A stretch of DNA of 64,000 nucleotides, from assembly GCA_964016885.1 (NCBI GenBank), contig OZ024763.1, forward strand, positions 29,078,001-29,142,000, in the 5' to 3' direction. Source of the stretch: Eledone cirrhosa. Taxonomy: Eukaryota. The notes under the pieces were generated by a model. That model was not told where the DNA came from, did not search any database, and saw only the letters and a program-made list of their open reading frames with translations. Below, piece by piece: positions 14,328 through 29,410 of this stretch. The position numbers were made by a program, and so were the translations under genes. Every line of letters starts with the position of its first letter. The first letter of the stretch is position 1.

Positions 14328-14376
14328 GATTCCTGATGATTTCTAAAGAATGAAACAGTTCTAGTCCTGTAGAATC
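14328..14376 (+). ncRNA. Type I hammerhead ribozyme motif (family A)
   Basis: GATTC-CTGATGA-TTTCTAAAGAAT-GAAA-CAG(TTCTAGTC)CTG-TA-GAATC; predicted cleavage after GUA at 14371. Confidence 0.8.
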
Positions 14377-14379
14377 TCA

Positions 14380-14417
<38 letters not shown>

Positions 14418-14476
14418 CGTCCTAAAAAATATTTATACACACTTCAATAGCATTCTAGTAAAATTATGTTTGGGAG

Positions 14477-14520
<44 letters not shown>

Positions 14521-14524
<4 letters not shown>

Positions 14525-14652
14525 GGGTTTAATCGGGGGTAACCACAGTAAGTAAGTACTCAATCGATAGCAGAGTATAAATATTTAATATATGATGATT
14601 TCCCCCGAATGAAACAGTTCTAATCCTGTAGAAGCCATTTCTATATTAAATA
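14521..14652. mobile_element. Family A fragment, inverted junction, HHR core truncated
   Basis: CCCGGGTTTAATCGGGGGTAACCACAGTAAG... joined to TGATGATTTCCCCCGAATGAAACAGTTCTAATCCTGTAGAAG. Confidence 0.65.
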
Positions 14653-14699
14653 TATATATATATATTAATAAATGGAAAATATCTTTACAAAATCATATT

Positions 14700-14760
14700 T
14701 ATTTTGTTATACGTATTTCAAGTGTACTAATATTTAAGTAAACTTTCGTCAGATAAAATA
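14700..14760 (-). ncRNA. Type I hammerhead ribozyme motif (family E variant)
   Basis: Minus strand TATTTTAT-CTGACGA-AAGT...ACTT-GAAA-TACGTA-TA-ACAAAATA. Confidence 0.72.
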
Positions 14761-14824
14761 TAATATTTGGTATTAAGATAGTGACATACCTTTATGTGAA
14801 CTTATTGGTATACGCACAATGAAG

Positions 14825-14898
<74 letters not shown>

Positions 14899-15079
14899 AA
14901 TATAGTGTCGTGTGCTAATTGTCAACATAACTAAATGTTTGTAATGTTACGTATAAACTTGCTGAAAATCTAAAGACAAAATATTTGAATAATAAACATT
15001 ATTATTAATAAAGTACCAGTAATGCACTGGGATAATTGCTGGCCTTGTGCCTAAAGTAGAAACAATTATTATTAATAAT

Positions 15080-16480
15080 CACCACCACAACCTCCGTCAC
15101 AACCGCCTCCATAACCATCACCATCAACCACCACATCACCAACTACCATCAACCTCCACCAAACACCACAACAACCAACACCTTAAACCAACTTCAACAC
15201 AGCCATAACCATCACCATCCACCAACAAGCCGACCATCAACCACCACTGCCCCCACAACGACCATCAACCACCACCACAACCACCACCACCCTCACAACC
15301 ATCACCATAACCATCAACCACCACCAAAACGTCCATCAATCGCCACTACCACCAACACAGCCACCAGCACCACCACAACGTCCATCAACCGCCAGCACCA
15401 CTACAACGACCATTAACTGCCAACACCACAACCACCACCACCACCTCCACCAAACCTCACCACCACCACCACCAAACCTCGCCACCACCACAACCACCAC
15501 CACCACAACCATCACCACCACCACAACCATCACCAACGCCATCACCGCCACAACCAAAATCATTACCATTGTCACCACCATCTAGCACCAAACCTCACCA
15601 CCACCACAACCGTCACCACCACCAAACCTCACCACAACCGTCACCACCACCAAACCTCACCACCGCCAAACCTCACCACCACCAAACCTCACCGCCATCA
15701 CAACCGTCACCACCACCAAACCTCACCACCACCAAAACCGTCACCAAACCTCACCACAACCGTCACCACCACCAAACCTCACCACCACCAAACCTCACCA
15801 CCACCACAACCGTCACCACCACCAAACCTCATCACAACCGTCACCACCACCAAACCTCACCACCGCCAAACCTCACCACCACCAAACCTCACCACCACCA
15901 CAACCGTCACCACCACCAAACCTCACCACCACCACAACCGTCACCACCACCAAACCTCACCACCGCCAAACCTCACCACCACCAAACCTCACCACCACCA
16001 CAACCGTCACCACCACCAAACCTCACCACCACCACAACCGTCACCACCACCAAACCTCACCACCGCCAAACCTCACCACCACCAAACCTCACCACCACCA
16101 CAACCGTCACCACCACCAAACCTCACCACCACCACAACCGTCACCACCACCAAACCTCACCACAACCGTCACCACCACCAAACCTCACCACCGCCAAACC
16201 TCACCACCACCACAACCGTCACCACCACCAAACCCCACCACCACCACAACCGTCACCACCACCAAACCTCACCATCGCCAAACCTCACCACCACCAAACC
16301 TCACCACCACCACAACCGTCACCACCACCAAACCTCACCACCACCACAACCGTCACCACCACCAAACCTCACCACCGCCAAACCTCACCACCACCAAACC
16401 TCACCACCACCACAACCGTCACCACCACCAAACCTCACCACCACCACAACCGTCACCACCACCAAACCTCACCACCTCAC
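15080..16480. repeat. (ACC)-based low-complexity minisatellite
   Basis: Modules ACCACCAAACCTC and ACAACCGTC in variable order. Confidence 0.9.
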
Positions 16481-16671
16481 ATCCGTCAGCTATCATGATT
16501 CTTATCAATCTCAAACCAGAACCATCCACAAAAATCCAGCTCCCTCATAAAAAGTTTGCCATAAAACTGTTGCTTCGTTATAATCCAACTTAACTCCACT
16601 GGATATTGGCTTGAAAAACCAATCGTTCAATTAATCGATACATGAATAAATAGTAAATAGATAAAATAAAT

Positions 16672-17340
16672 GGTTGCTTATATAGGCACAAGGCCAGTAA
16701 TTTTGAGGGAAGGGAAAGTCGATTAAATCGACCCCAAGTGCGTGACTGGTACTCTATTTTATCGACCCCGTAAGGATGAAAGGCAAAGTTAACCTTGGCA
16801 AGATTTGAACTCAGATTGTAAAGGGACGTAACTCTACGCTGCAAAACATGGCGTCTGACCCTCTACTGATACTGCTAAAAAACCGCCCCATATAGATAAA
16901 TAAATAAAACCAAACGTCGTACTTGTCGATCAAAATAAAGTACCAGTAATGCACTGGTAATTGCTGGCCTTGTGCCAAAAGTAGAAATAATAATTATTAT
17001 TAAATGGGTGTATCGGCAGAGCGTCGGATAATATGCTTTGCGGCATCTAGTAATGGTTCAAATCCTGCCGAGGTTAGCTTTGCCTTTCATCCTACGGGGT
17101 CTGATAAAATAAAGTACCAGTAATACACTGGGGTCGGTTTAATCGACTTTCCCCTCCCCACAAAACTGTTCGCCATGTACCTAAACTAAAAACCATTATT
17201 TTAAGAGCGATGGAATAGTAGTTCACATCCCGCCGAGGTTAGCTTCGGCTTCCATCCTTACAGGGTCGATTAAATAAAGTACCAGTAATGTACTACGTAA
17301 TAGCTGGCCTTGTGCCAAAAGTAGAAACAATTATTATTAT
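16672..17340. mobile_element. Cluster of tRNA-derived SINE copies (one minus at ~16672-16877; plus copies or fragments at ~16926, ~17006 and ~17208)
   Basis: Repeated GGTTCAAATCCYGCCGAGGTTA...CCTTTCATCC...GTCGATAAAATAAAGTACCAG...GGCCTTGTGCCAAAAGTAGAAAC. Confidence 0.85.
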
Positions 17341-17445
17341 ACAATTATGCTTAAATTATGTATGCATGCGCGACTTCAAAAAATATATATTTACATATGT
17401 ACGTCTATGCACACACATATACGTAAAGACACGTACACACACACA

Positions 17446-17550
<105 letters not shown>

Positions 17551-17589
17551 GATATGGACGAGGTGTTAACTTTTCATTACATTTATTGA

Positions 17590-17676
17590 GGTGTTACGCG
17601 CGTTTCGCAATGGATCAGCTCAAGGTTCGATCTGTATCGATCGGGCCCTACTCGGGAATCAAAAGCTCATTTGACT
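17590..17676 (-). ncRNA. Decayed family D hammerhead motif
   Basis: Minus strand CAAATGA-GC...GATCGAACCTTGAGCTGATCCATT-GC-GAAAC-GCGC-GTA; homologous to 61065-61145 with a mutated core. Confidence 0.5.
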
Positions 17677-18149
17677 ATATATATATATATATGGTGTTCT
17701 GGGAGTGTTTGTGAGTTATGGAACATTTTGTCAGTGAAAGATTTAAAAAAAAAATCATTTCTCATTTTCGTTCATCATCATCATCATCATCATCATCAAC
17801 ACTATTATCGACTACCAGCACCTCCACCACCACCACCACCAACATTCTACTATCATGATCTTTAAAATCTTTACTATCATCCTCACTACAAACATCACCA
17901 CCACCACCACCACGAACACAACAACCACAACCACCACCACCACCACCACCACCACCACCACCACCACCACCACCACCACAACCACCGCCAAATCATTATC
18001 GTCAACCATCATCTTACTGTCATGTAATATCATTGATCAAAGACCAGGGTTTGGGAAGACATCCTCTACCCCATAAACCTTATCAAACCATCACATCATA
18101 TATTTTTAGGTTAAGTCAAAGGAGGACCATCACTCTACCTCTCTATATA

Positions 18150-19030
18150 TACAACAACAACATCAACATCACCACCGCTACCCCAACTACCACCACTACA
18201 AAACATAACATCAACATCACCACCACTGCCCCCAACTACTACCCCAACTACCACCACTACTAAACATAACATCATCACCACTACCCCCAACTACTACTAC
18301 AACTACCACCACTACTAAACATAACAACAACATCAACATCACCACTACCCCCAACTACCACCACTACTAAACATAACAACAACATCAACATCACCACTAC
18401 CCCAACTACCACCACTACTAAACATAACAACAACATCAACATCACCACTACCCCAACTACCACCACTACTAAACATAACAACAACATCAACATCACCACT
18501 ACCCCAACTACCACCACTACTAAACATAACAACAACATCAACATCACCACTACCCCAACTACCACCACTACTAAACATAACAACAACATCAACATCACCA
18601 CTACCCCAACTACCACCACTACTAAACATAACAACAACATCAACATCACCACTACCCCAACTACCACCACTACTAAACATAACAACAACATCAACATCAC
18701 CACTACTCCAACTACCACCACTACTAAACATAACAACAACATCAACATCACCACCACCACTAACCACAACTACTACCCCAACTACCACCACTACTAAACA
18801 TAACAACAACATCAACATCACCACCACTAACCACAACTACTACTACAACTACCACCACTACTAAACATAACAACAACATCATCATCACCACCACTAACCA
18901 CAACTACTACTACAACTACCACCACTACCCCCAACTACTACCCCAACTACCACCACTACTAAACATAACATCATCACCACTACCCCCAACTACTACTACA
19001 ACTACCACCACTACTAACCATAACAACAAC
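18150..19030. repeat. 51-bp minisatellite (AAC/ACC/ACT-derived)
   Basis: Unit CTACTAAACATAACAACAACATCAACATCACCACTACCCCAACTACCACCA; ORF track shows a matching 17-aa periodicity. Confidence 0.9.
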
Positions 19031-19782
19031 ATCAGCAACAGCAAAACTGCCCCCCCCCCCCCATCACAACTAAAACAACAACATCAACACCATCACCAAC
19101 AAACCATCACTACCTCAACTATCGCTACTAACCATAGCAACCAACATCAACATCATTTTCACCAACATCAACATCATCATCACCAACAACATGACTAGCA
19201 CCACCACCACTGTTGTCAATGACAACAACAATGACAGTGATGATGATGATGATGATGATGATCATCATCATCATCAGAAATAGCAACAAGAGCAACGGTG
19301 ACAGCATGAACGCCAACAACATATCTACCACCACCACCACCACAACCACCAGCATTAACAAAATCATCATCACACCCACCATCAAACCACCACCACCACC
19401 ATCACAAACAACAACAACATCACAACCACAATGACAACCATCAACGACATCAACACCACCATCACCACCACCAATACCATCACAACAACATCACCAACAC
19501 AACCATCAACATCATCATCACGCCTACCACCAAAACACCACCACCACCACCACCAACACAACCATCACCACCCATCACCAAACCACCACCTCCACAACAA
19601 TCAACAACATCATCATCACAGCCATCACCAAACCACCAGCACCGAGACCACCAAAAACCACCACCACCACCACCACCACCATCACAACCATCAGCATCAA
19701 CAACAAAACATCATCACGCCCTCCACCACCAACGACATCATCATCACCACCGTCACCGCCGTCACCAGAAATAACTTGAAAA

Positions 19783-20265
19783 TATGACAACAACATAAAC
19801 AACGACGAGGACATCATCATAACAACAACGGCAACAACAACATAAACAACAACGACGAGGACATCATCATAACAACAACTACAACAACAACATAAACAAC
19901 AACGACGAGGACATCATCATAACAACAACTACAACAACAACATAAACAACAACGACGAGGACACCATCATAACTACAACAACAACAACAACAACAACGAC
20001 GAGGACATCATCATAACTACAACAACAACAACAACAACAACATAAACAACGACATCATCATAACAACAACGGCAACAACAACATAAACAACAACAACGAC
20101 GAGGACATCATCATAACAACTACAACAACAACAACAACGACGACGAGGACATCATCATAACTACAACAACAACAACAACATAAACAACAAGAACAACAAC
20201 AACATAAACAACAACGACGAGGACATCATCACCACCACAACAACCACAACAACCACAACAACAAG
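19783..20265. repeat. (AAC)-rich minisatellite with a recurring GACGAGGACATCATCAT motif
   Basis: Read directly from the sequence. Confidence 0.85.
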
Positions 20266-20664
20266 ACTAATATATAAAAAAAATATGGCGATATACATCA
20301 ACAAATATGTCAGCTGATAACGCTTGGTCGGACAGATTTGGACAGAAACTAGATGGCAACGTCACAGAAGAAGATAAAAATAACCTTTTATATCTATTAT
20401 ATCTAGTTCTGTATGTATGTATATATATACATATATATATGTGTGTGTGTGTGTCTGTGTGGGTGTGGGTGTGCTGGTATGTGTGTGTGGGTGTGTGTGT
20501 GTGGTAGTATGTGTGTGTGTGGTGCTGGTATGTGTGTGTGTGTCTTTGGGTGTGTGTGTGTGTGCTGGTATGTCTATGTGTGTGTGTGTCTGTGTCTGTG
20601 TGTCTGTCTATGTATATATATATATATATATATAAATATACGTATGTATACATATAGATGTAAA

Positions 20665-20708
<44 letters not shown>

Positions 20709-21125
20709 CGTGTGCGTGTGTGTGTGTATGTAAATATATATATACAAATAAATATTTGTATATATATATATGGAGATATATATATACTTATATATATACT
20801 TATATATATGGAGATATATATATACTTATATATATACTTATATATATGAATATATATATATATACTTATATACATATATGTTTATAGATATATTTATATA
20901 CATATATATATATACAAATAATTTATGTATATATTCACATGCATATATAATATATATAATGTATGTAACTGTGTGTGTGTGTGTCTATCTCTCTCTGTTT
21001 GCGTGTGTGTACATATGTATATGTGTGTGTATATATATGTAAGTGTGTGTAAGTGTATAAGTGTGTGTAAAATAAATTTGTATTAACTTATGTATGCTTC
21101 GTTTCCGCTGTATGTTTCACTGATG

Positions 21126-21156
<31 letters not shown>

Positions 21157-21164
21157 CGTGTGTT

Positions 21165-21225
<61 letters not shown>

Positions 21226-21313
21226 ATGTGTATAGGCGTGTGTATTTATATACATCTCCAGAGATTCTGGTATTGAAATTCAGGACTTGGCAACCCTTAT
21301 ATATATATATATA

Positions 21314-21380
<67 letters not shown>

Positions 21381-21491
21381 TAATAAAAGGAATTCCAACT
21401 TTGATTTACTCGTTTTATTTACAATCCTTTAAAATTTATAATGGTATTATAATGAAATAGTATGGTAGAATATTAAATGTTAAGTGTTAAT

Positions 21492-21530
21492 TGAACAAGT
21501 ACTTTCATGCTTTCGCAATCTTCAGGTTCA
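21492..21530 (-). ncRNA. Minimal type I hammerhead ribozyme (family B, minus copy)
   Basis: Reverse complement of 21603-21641. Confidence 0.78.
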
Positions 21531-21602
21531 TAATGTGTGGTGACAGTCAAGTTTGCAATTTTCAACTGTGAAAATTGCAAACTTGACTGTCACCACACAT
21601 TA

Positions 21603-21641
21603 TGAACCTGAAGATTGCGAAAGCATGAAAGTACTTGTTCA
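21603..21641 (+). ncRNA. Minimal type I hammerhead ribozyme (family B)
   Basis: TGAAC-CTGAAGA-TTGC(GAAA)GCAT-GAAA-GTAC-TT-GTTCA: 5-bp helix I, GAAA tetraloop in helix II, palindromic GTAC in place of helix III as in PLE minimal HHRs. Confidence 0.82.
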
Positions 21642-21799
21642 ATTAACACTTAACATTTAATATTCTACCATACTATTTCATTATAATACCATTATATATT
21701 TTAAAGGATTGTAAATAAAACGAGTAAATCAGACAAAGTTGGAATTCCTTTTATTAATATAATCTTCTATACACAATCATACACACCCGTGTATATTTC

Positions 21800-21844
<45 letters not shown>

Positions 21845-21853
21845 TATATATAT

Positions 21854-21894
<41 letters not shown>

Positions 21895-22085
21895 CACTAA
21901 ACTAAGTGCGTGGGTGTGTGCATTTGCTTTATTTGAGATGCATATCTGCACGGGGTAAATGAGGGTTTAGTGGGGGCAGTGAGGTCAGTACATGGTTCCC
22001 AGGTATACATTATAGATAGGATCTTTGAGTGTATGAAGGGGTGTTATATACACCCCTTTTCCCCTGAGGCTAGTTATATATATTG

Positions 22086-22140
<55 letters not shown>

Positions 22141-22145
<5 letters not shown>

Positions 22146-22401
22146 AAAGCTCTATTTAAATTGTTGGGATACAACAAGCAAATATTTTTATAACTGATAT
22201 AAAGCACTCAACAAATATTTGGAGTAAAAATACGATATTAACAAATGGAAACTATATTTATAAAACCATATTTATTTCATTATACATATTTCAAGGACAC
22301 CAAGTTACATGAAAGCACACCATAATTTAACTTGGTGTCCTTGAAATATGTATAATGAAATAAATATGGTTTTATAAATATAGTTTCCAATTGTTAATAT
22401 C

Positions 22402-22405
<4 letters not shown>
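22141..22405. mobile_element. Family E inverted element (HHR truncated within CUGAUGA)
   Basis: Arms ~22231-22306 and ~22328-22404 are reverse complements; (TA)n on both sides. Confidence 0.75.
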
Positions 22406-22465
<60 letters not shown>

Positions 22466-22494
22466 TTTTGTTTTTTTAAAATCCAACGTCAATA

Positions 22495-22595
22495 AATACG
22501 CCAGGATTTTTTCATTCTGATGATTGAAAGCAACATTTTTTTGCTTTTAAGAAACCACTGGTAAATGAAATAATTGCCTTATGTTGTTTATTACA

Positions 22596-22600
<5 letters not shown>
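22495..22600 (+). mobile_element. Family C fragment with an HHR-like motif lacking helix II
   Basis: CTGATGA-TT-GAAA-GCAA...TTGC-TT; homologous to 60510-60616. Confidence 0.55.
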
Positions 22601-22641
<41 letters not shown>

Positions 22642-23003
22642 GGAGAATGAGCGTTTGTGTGAGTGTATATATTCCACACACACACACACACATACAGATA
22701 CACATATAAACACACATACAAAAACATAATCACAGATGTTCACAAACACACATACACGGATATACACACACAAATACATACACAAACACACATACATATA
22801 TTCACACACACACACACATACATACACAGAGATATTTACATACACACACACAGATATTCAAACACACACACGCACACATATATTCACACCCAAAAATACA
22901 CACACATATTCAAACACACTCACATATATAGATATATATTCACACACACAGATATTCACGCCAACATATATACCCACACACACAGACATATTCAAACACG
23001 CAC

Positions 23004-23088
<85 letters not shown>

Positions 23089-23191
23089 GAAGTTATATTT
23101 AACTTGTTGGGATACAACAAGCAAATATTTTTATAACTGATATAAAGCACTCAACAAATTTTTGGTGTAAAATTTATAAAACTGATCTATA

Positions 23192-23256
23192 TATTTTATC
23201 TGATGAAAGCGCACCATAATTTGCTTTGGTGTCCTTGAAATATGTATAATGAAATA
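23192..23256 (+). ncRNA. Type I hammerhead ribozyme motif (family E) within rearranged element 23084-23300
   Basis: TATTTTAT-CTGATGA-AAGCGCACCA...TGGTGTCCTT-GAAA-TATGTA-TA-ATGAAATA. Confidence 0.75.
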
Positions 23257-23401
23257 AATATGGTTTTATAAATATAGTTTCCATTTTTTAATATATCGTA
23301 TATATATATATATATATAGACACATACACACAGCTATTTGCACAAACTTACACATATATTCTCACACAAACACATTTATTCACATACACCCACACAGATA
23401 T

Positions 23402-23463
<62 letters not shown>

Positions 23464-23930
23464 GCACGTACACTAGGATACCAACCAGCAGTTACAGACA
23501 CAATGGAAGACCGACTGTTGACCTCAAAGGAAAATTTACCTTGACAGAAAAATGAGAGAGGAGAGAGTCTCACCTGTGTTACAGGTGAGTGGAGACAGGA
23601 TAGATGACACGGGTCAGTAGAGCTTCCAACACCAACACCACTACCATCACTAGCACCAACACCACTACCTCCAGCACCACCACTACCACCACCACCACCA
23701 CCACCACATCCACCGCCATCACCAGCACTACCATCACTAGCACCAACACCACTACCTTCCAGCACCAGCACCACTACCACCACCACCACCAGCACTATCA
23801 CCACGACCACCAGCACTACCACCACCACCACCACCACAACCACCATCATCATCATCACATCCACTACTGGACGAAAAGCCATTACATATAGATAACAGAT
23901 CTTCACCCTTTTCATACACACATACGCGTG

Positions 23931-23962
<32 letters not shown>

Positions 23963-24130
23963 ATATATATATACTGTATGTATATATATATATGTGTATA
24001 TACATGTGTGTATATACATATATATATGTCTATATATGTGAATATACATATATATATGTATATATGTTTATATGTGTATATAGATGTGTGTATATACATA
24101 TATACATGTATATATATGTGTATATACATA

Positions 24131-24703
24131 TATCCCAGTACAACCTGTCTCATGGTCGGGTCGTTGGCGACTAAACTGGCAACCCCACCAAGGTTTCTTG
24201 GTGAGGAGGGTGACTTTGGACATCCTGCAGGACTAAAAACAAAACCTGTCAAAGGGCAAGGGAGCTCTTAAGACTCAATAGCCATCCAAAATCACCGGGA
24301 GAGATGACCCCTTAGCCTTTGTCAAAGCAGAATTCTAGGAGAAGGAAAACTCTGATATAACACCTGCAACCCTGATGGTATCCAATGATGTTGACTTGTT
24401 CTTCTTTTTGGTAAATATCATCTTGGTTAAGAGAGTGTGACTGGCTTTGTGCAGTGCCTTTGCTCACTATAAAAGCTTCACGGCACAGGCATTGCTTTAT
24501 ATCTGGAGATCTCTCTGCACTTGTCATCACATGGTACCATGGGCCCTGCACTATGTGTCAGTAATTGTCACAAGTGTAGTCTCTGTACCAGAGTTTTCAA
24601 GTCGCTGGCTGGACTAAAAAGTCACATTCGTTCAGCGCATCGGTAGGGGTTCTCCTACATGGATACAAAGTAGTGGCCGTACTCGAAAACGAGTTGGCAG
24701 CCA

Positions 24704-24707
<4 letters not shown>
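24131..24707 (+). mobile_element. Non-autonomous RTE-derived retroelement (5' UTR-like part plus ORF C-terminus and 3' tail), copy 1
   Basis: RTE-like 5' motifs GGCGACTAAACTGGCAACCCC and TAGGAGAAGGAAAACTCTGA. The 3' part encodes a C2H2 finger, [23 protein letters not shown], followed by a hairpin (CTCG-AAAA-CGAG). Highly similar copies at 45897-46500 and 49130-49698. Confidence 0.78.
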
Positions 24708-24774
<67 letters not shown>

Positions 24775-25039
24775 TATGTGTATATATATATATATACTGT
24801 ATGTATATATATATGTATATATGTGTATATAGATGTGTGTATATATATATGTATATATGTGTATATAGATGTGTGTATATTCATATATACATGTATATAT
24901 ATGTATATATATATATTTATATATATGATTCCATTTCTTCAGTGAAATAACAACCCAACCAGGAACTGGGCATATCAGAGTATTGACAATATTATACACC
25001 TAAACAACATATGTACTTGTCTATACCATACTAATTCAA

Positions 25040-25094
25040 ACTGCCTGAAGAGGTCATAGCCAAAGATGGCTGTCACTGAAATATATATAGCAGT
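25040..25094 (+). ncRNA. Type I hammerhead ribozyme motif (family H)
   Basis: ACTGC-CTGAAGA-GGTCATAGCCA(AAGA)TGGCTGTCACT-GAAA-TATATA-TA-GCAGT immediately followed by AATAAA. Confidence 0.82.
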
Positions 25095-25353
25095 AATAAA
25101 CGAAGCTAAATTTTAAACATTTGACTTTTTAATTAACTTTATTTTACATTACTCAGGAGTAACCAAACCAACCTGCGCACTTCGTCGAGTGCTCCAGCCT
25201 GCATACTATGGTGTTGGTATACATCCAACATATACTCAAAATCTCTCTCTCTCTATATATATATATATGTGTGTGTGTATATACATGTATATATATATAT
25301 ATATGTGTATATACATGTGTCTATATTCGTATATATATGTATATATATATGTG

Positions 25354-25392
<39 letters not shown>

Positions 25393-25556
25393 GTGAATAT
25401 AGATGTGTGTATATAGATATATACATGTATATATATGTGTATATACATATATACATGTATATATATGTGTATATACATATATATATAGATATATATGTAT
25501 ATATATGTATATACATGTATATATATATATATAGAGAGAGATATATATATATATCT

Positions 25557-25641
25557 AACGAAGGAGGTGTGGTAAGGAACCAGAAGGACCAGAAATAGCC
25601 GTCGAAACGGCTTGAGCTCTGCCGTCGGGGTTAAACATTTT

Positions 25642-25643
<2 letters not shown>
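25557..25643. mobile_element. Family K inverted fragment
   Basis: AACGAAGGAGGTGTGGTAAGGAACCAG joined to AATAGCCGTCGAAACGGCTTGAGCTCTGCCGTCGGGG. Confidence 0.65.
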
Positions 25644-25684
<41 letters not shown>

Positions 25685-25857
25685 CTTAGATGTACTGTAC
25701 AGTTTGTTTTGTTATTTTTTGCTATTTCTATTTACCCTGTACACACACACACACATATATATATATACACACACACACATATATATACACACACACACAC
25801 ATATATATCTATATATACACACACACATATATATATATACACAAACACACACATATT

Positions 25858-25900
<43 letters not shown>

Positions 25901-25999
25901 CTATATACACACACACATATATATATATATATACATACACACACACACACATATCTATATATACACACACACACACACATATATACACACACACACACA

Positions 26000-26075
<76 letters not shown>

Positions 26076-26753
26076 CACACACACATATATCTATATATAT
26101 ACTCACACACACACATATTGGGGAGGGAGCGTGCGTGCTGTGTGTGATTGTGTTTGATGATTATGATGATAATGGAGGCAGGTTTAATGGTGGCTATTCG
26201 GGGTTCGGCTGACTGGAGTGTCTAAATGGTAGGGTAATGGCAGGTTCGGATAAACGGTCACGTCTATAATCAGTAGAGCGTACATACTGATGGTATTGTA
26301 ACGTTGGCGTCGGATTAACGGTTGGTTACTGGGGCAACCACAAACGAAGTAGTTATGACAACGGCGTAGATGTGTGTAGTTGGTAACGTTGATGGAGATT
26401 TAAGCCCGGTGGTGACCTCCAGTAGGGGTGGGGGGTGGGGTGGGGTTAGTGGTAGTCGTTGTTGTTGTTGTGGAAGTGATGGGGGGTGGAGGTGGTGTTG
26501 ATAGTGATGGTGGTGGCAGTGATGGTGGTGGTGGTGGTGTGTTAGTAGTGATGGCCGGCGGTGGTGCTGGTGGTGGTAGTGATGGTCGTGTGGTGGTGGT
26601 GGTGGTTTAGTAGTGACGGTGATGGCGGTGGTGTGTGTTAGTAGTGATTGTGGTGATGGCGGTGGTGTGTTAGTAGTGATGGTGGTGGTGTGTTAGTAGT
26701 GATGGTGGTGATTGTGGTGGTAGTGGTGTATTAGTAGTGATGGTGGTGGTAAT

Positions 26754-26872
26754 GGTCTGAGTTCAAATCCCGTCGAGGTGAACTTTGACTTTCATCCATA
26801 CGGGGTCGATAAAATAAGGTACCAGTAATGTACTGTCGTAATTTGCTGGCCTTTTGCCAAAAATAGAAACAA
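26754..26872 (+). mobile_element. tRNA-derived SINE fragment
   Basis: GAGTTCAAATCCC B box plus the family core and tail. Confidence 0.75.
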
Positions 26873-27141
26873 ATATGGTTATAGGTGGTGGTAGTGTCAT
26901 TGGCTGGTCACACGGTGTATGGTGACTTCACGTCTCTACTCAGCCGTGACGCAGGTGAAATTCCCTCCTCTGTCATTTTCAGTCAGAGCAATTTAGTTTG
27001 CGGTCAGCAGTCAGTCTTTCCTTTGTGACACTAAATAAGAGGTTCCCAAACTTTTGGGGCTACCGACCCCCCACCCCCCTCAATAGAAATGATCCACAAG
27101 CCCAGCCTTTATAAAACAAAGGAAAAATAGTTAAAATAAAT

Positions 27142-28908
<1,767 letters not shown>

Positions 28909-28949
28909 ATGATATTAATAAATGGAAACTATATTTATAAAACCATATT

Positions 28950-29010
28950 TACTCTATTATATATATTTCAAGGGTACCATAACTTTGGTACGCCCTCATC
29001 AGATAAAATA
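28950..29010 (-). ncRNA. Type I hammerhead ribozyme motif (family E variant)
   Basis: Minus strand TATTTTAT-CTGATGA-GGGCGTACCA(AAGTTA)TGGTACCCTT-GAAA-TATATA-TA-ATAGAGTA. Confidence 0.75.
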
Positions 29011-29128
29011 CAAAGCTTGTTTTATGATATATATATATTATTTTTCTTACCCTTCTTTTCTTATGTATATTTACCGTTATTTTTTCACCCTCACTTTCAA
29101 TTTTTAACAGATTTTAAATCTATAACAT

Positions 29129-29196
29129 TTCTGTCTGACGAACGATCCAGACGTTTATTAATATTGTCTGAGATCCAGAAACCTTTGGTAATGGAG
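29129..29196 (+). ncRNA. Type I hammerhead ribozyme motif (family G)
   Basis: TTCTGT-CTGACGA-ACGATCCAGAC...GTCTGAGATCCA-GAAA-CC(TTT)GG-TA-ATGGAG; homologue at 53308-53375. Confidence 0.68.
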
Positions 29197-29244
29197 TAGT
29201 TACATATTGTGTTGTTCACTTTCTAATTAAATATATATATATTT

Positions 29245-29400
29245 ATATTTAATATAGAAATGGCTTCTACAGGACTAGAACTGTTCCGAATGAAACAGTT
29301 GTAGTCCTGTAGAAGGTATTTCTATATTAAATAAATTGTACTCTGCTATGTACTAAGTACCTTACTTACTGTGGTTGCCCCCGATTGAACCCGGGATAAA
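29245..29400. mobile_element. Family A inverted element (HHR 3' half on both arms)
   Basis: TTCTACAGGACTAGAACTGTT / AAACAGTTGTAGTCCTGTAGAA inverted pair plus the family 3' end. Confidence 0.7.
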
Positions 29401-29410
29401 CTTATATATA

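Larger units (their letters stand above)
14137..14385. mobile_element. Family A head-to-head inverted PLE-like element carrying two HHRs
   Basis: Arms ~14209-14283 and ~14311-14386 are reverse complements; flanked by (TA)n; related copies at 14521, 29245, 33145 and 39313. Confidence 0.8.
21376..21761. mobile_element. Family B near-perfect ~385-bp palindrome with two minimal HHRs
   Basis: Arms of ~185 bp around a 4-nt centre (ACTG, 21565-21568), with one small indel and very few mismatches; (TA)n on the left. Confidence 0.9.

Noticed and set aside
15569-16498. 309-aa Pro/His/Thr-rich ORF resembling an extensin or mucin
   Set aside because: It is an ACC-based minisatellite whose translation drifts between frames, has a non-ATG start and shows no splice or domain evidence.
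23474-23589. Possible host exon ending in CAG/GTGAGT
   Set aside because: Good donor motif, but no convincing acceptor, no recognisable peptide and no partner exons; unsupported without RNA data.
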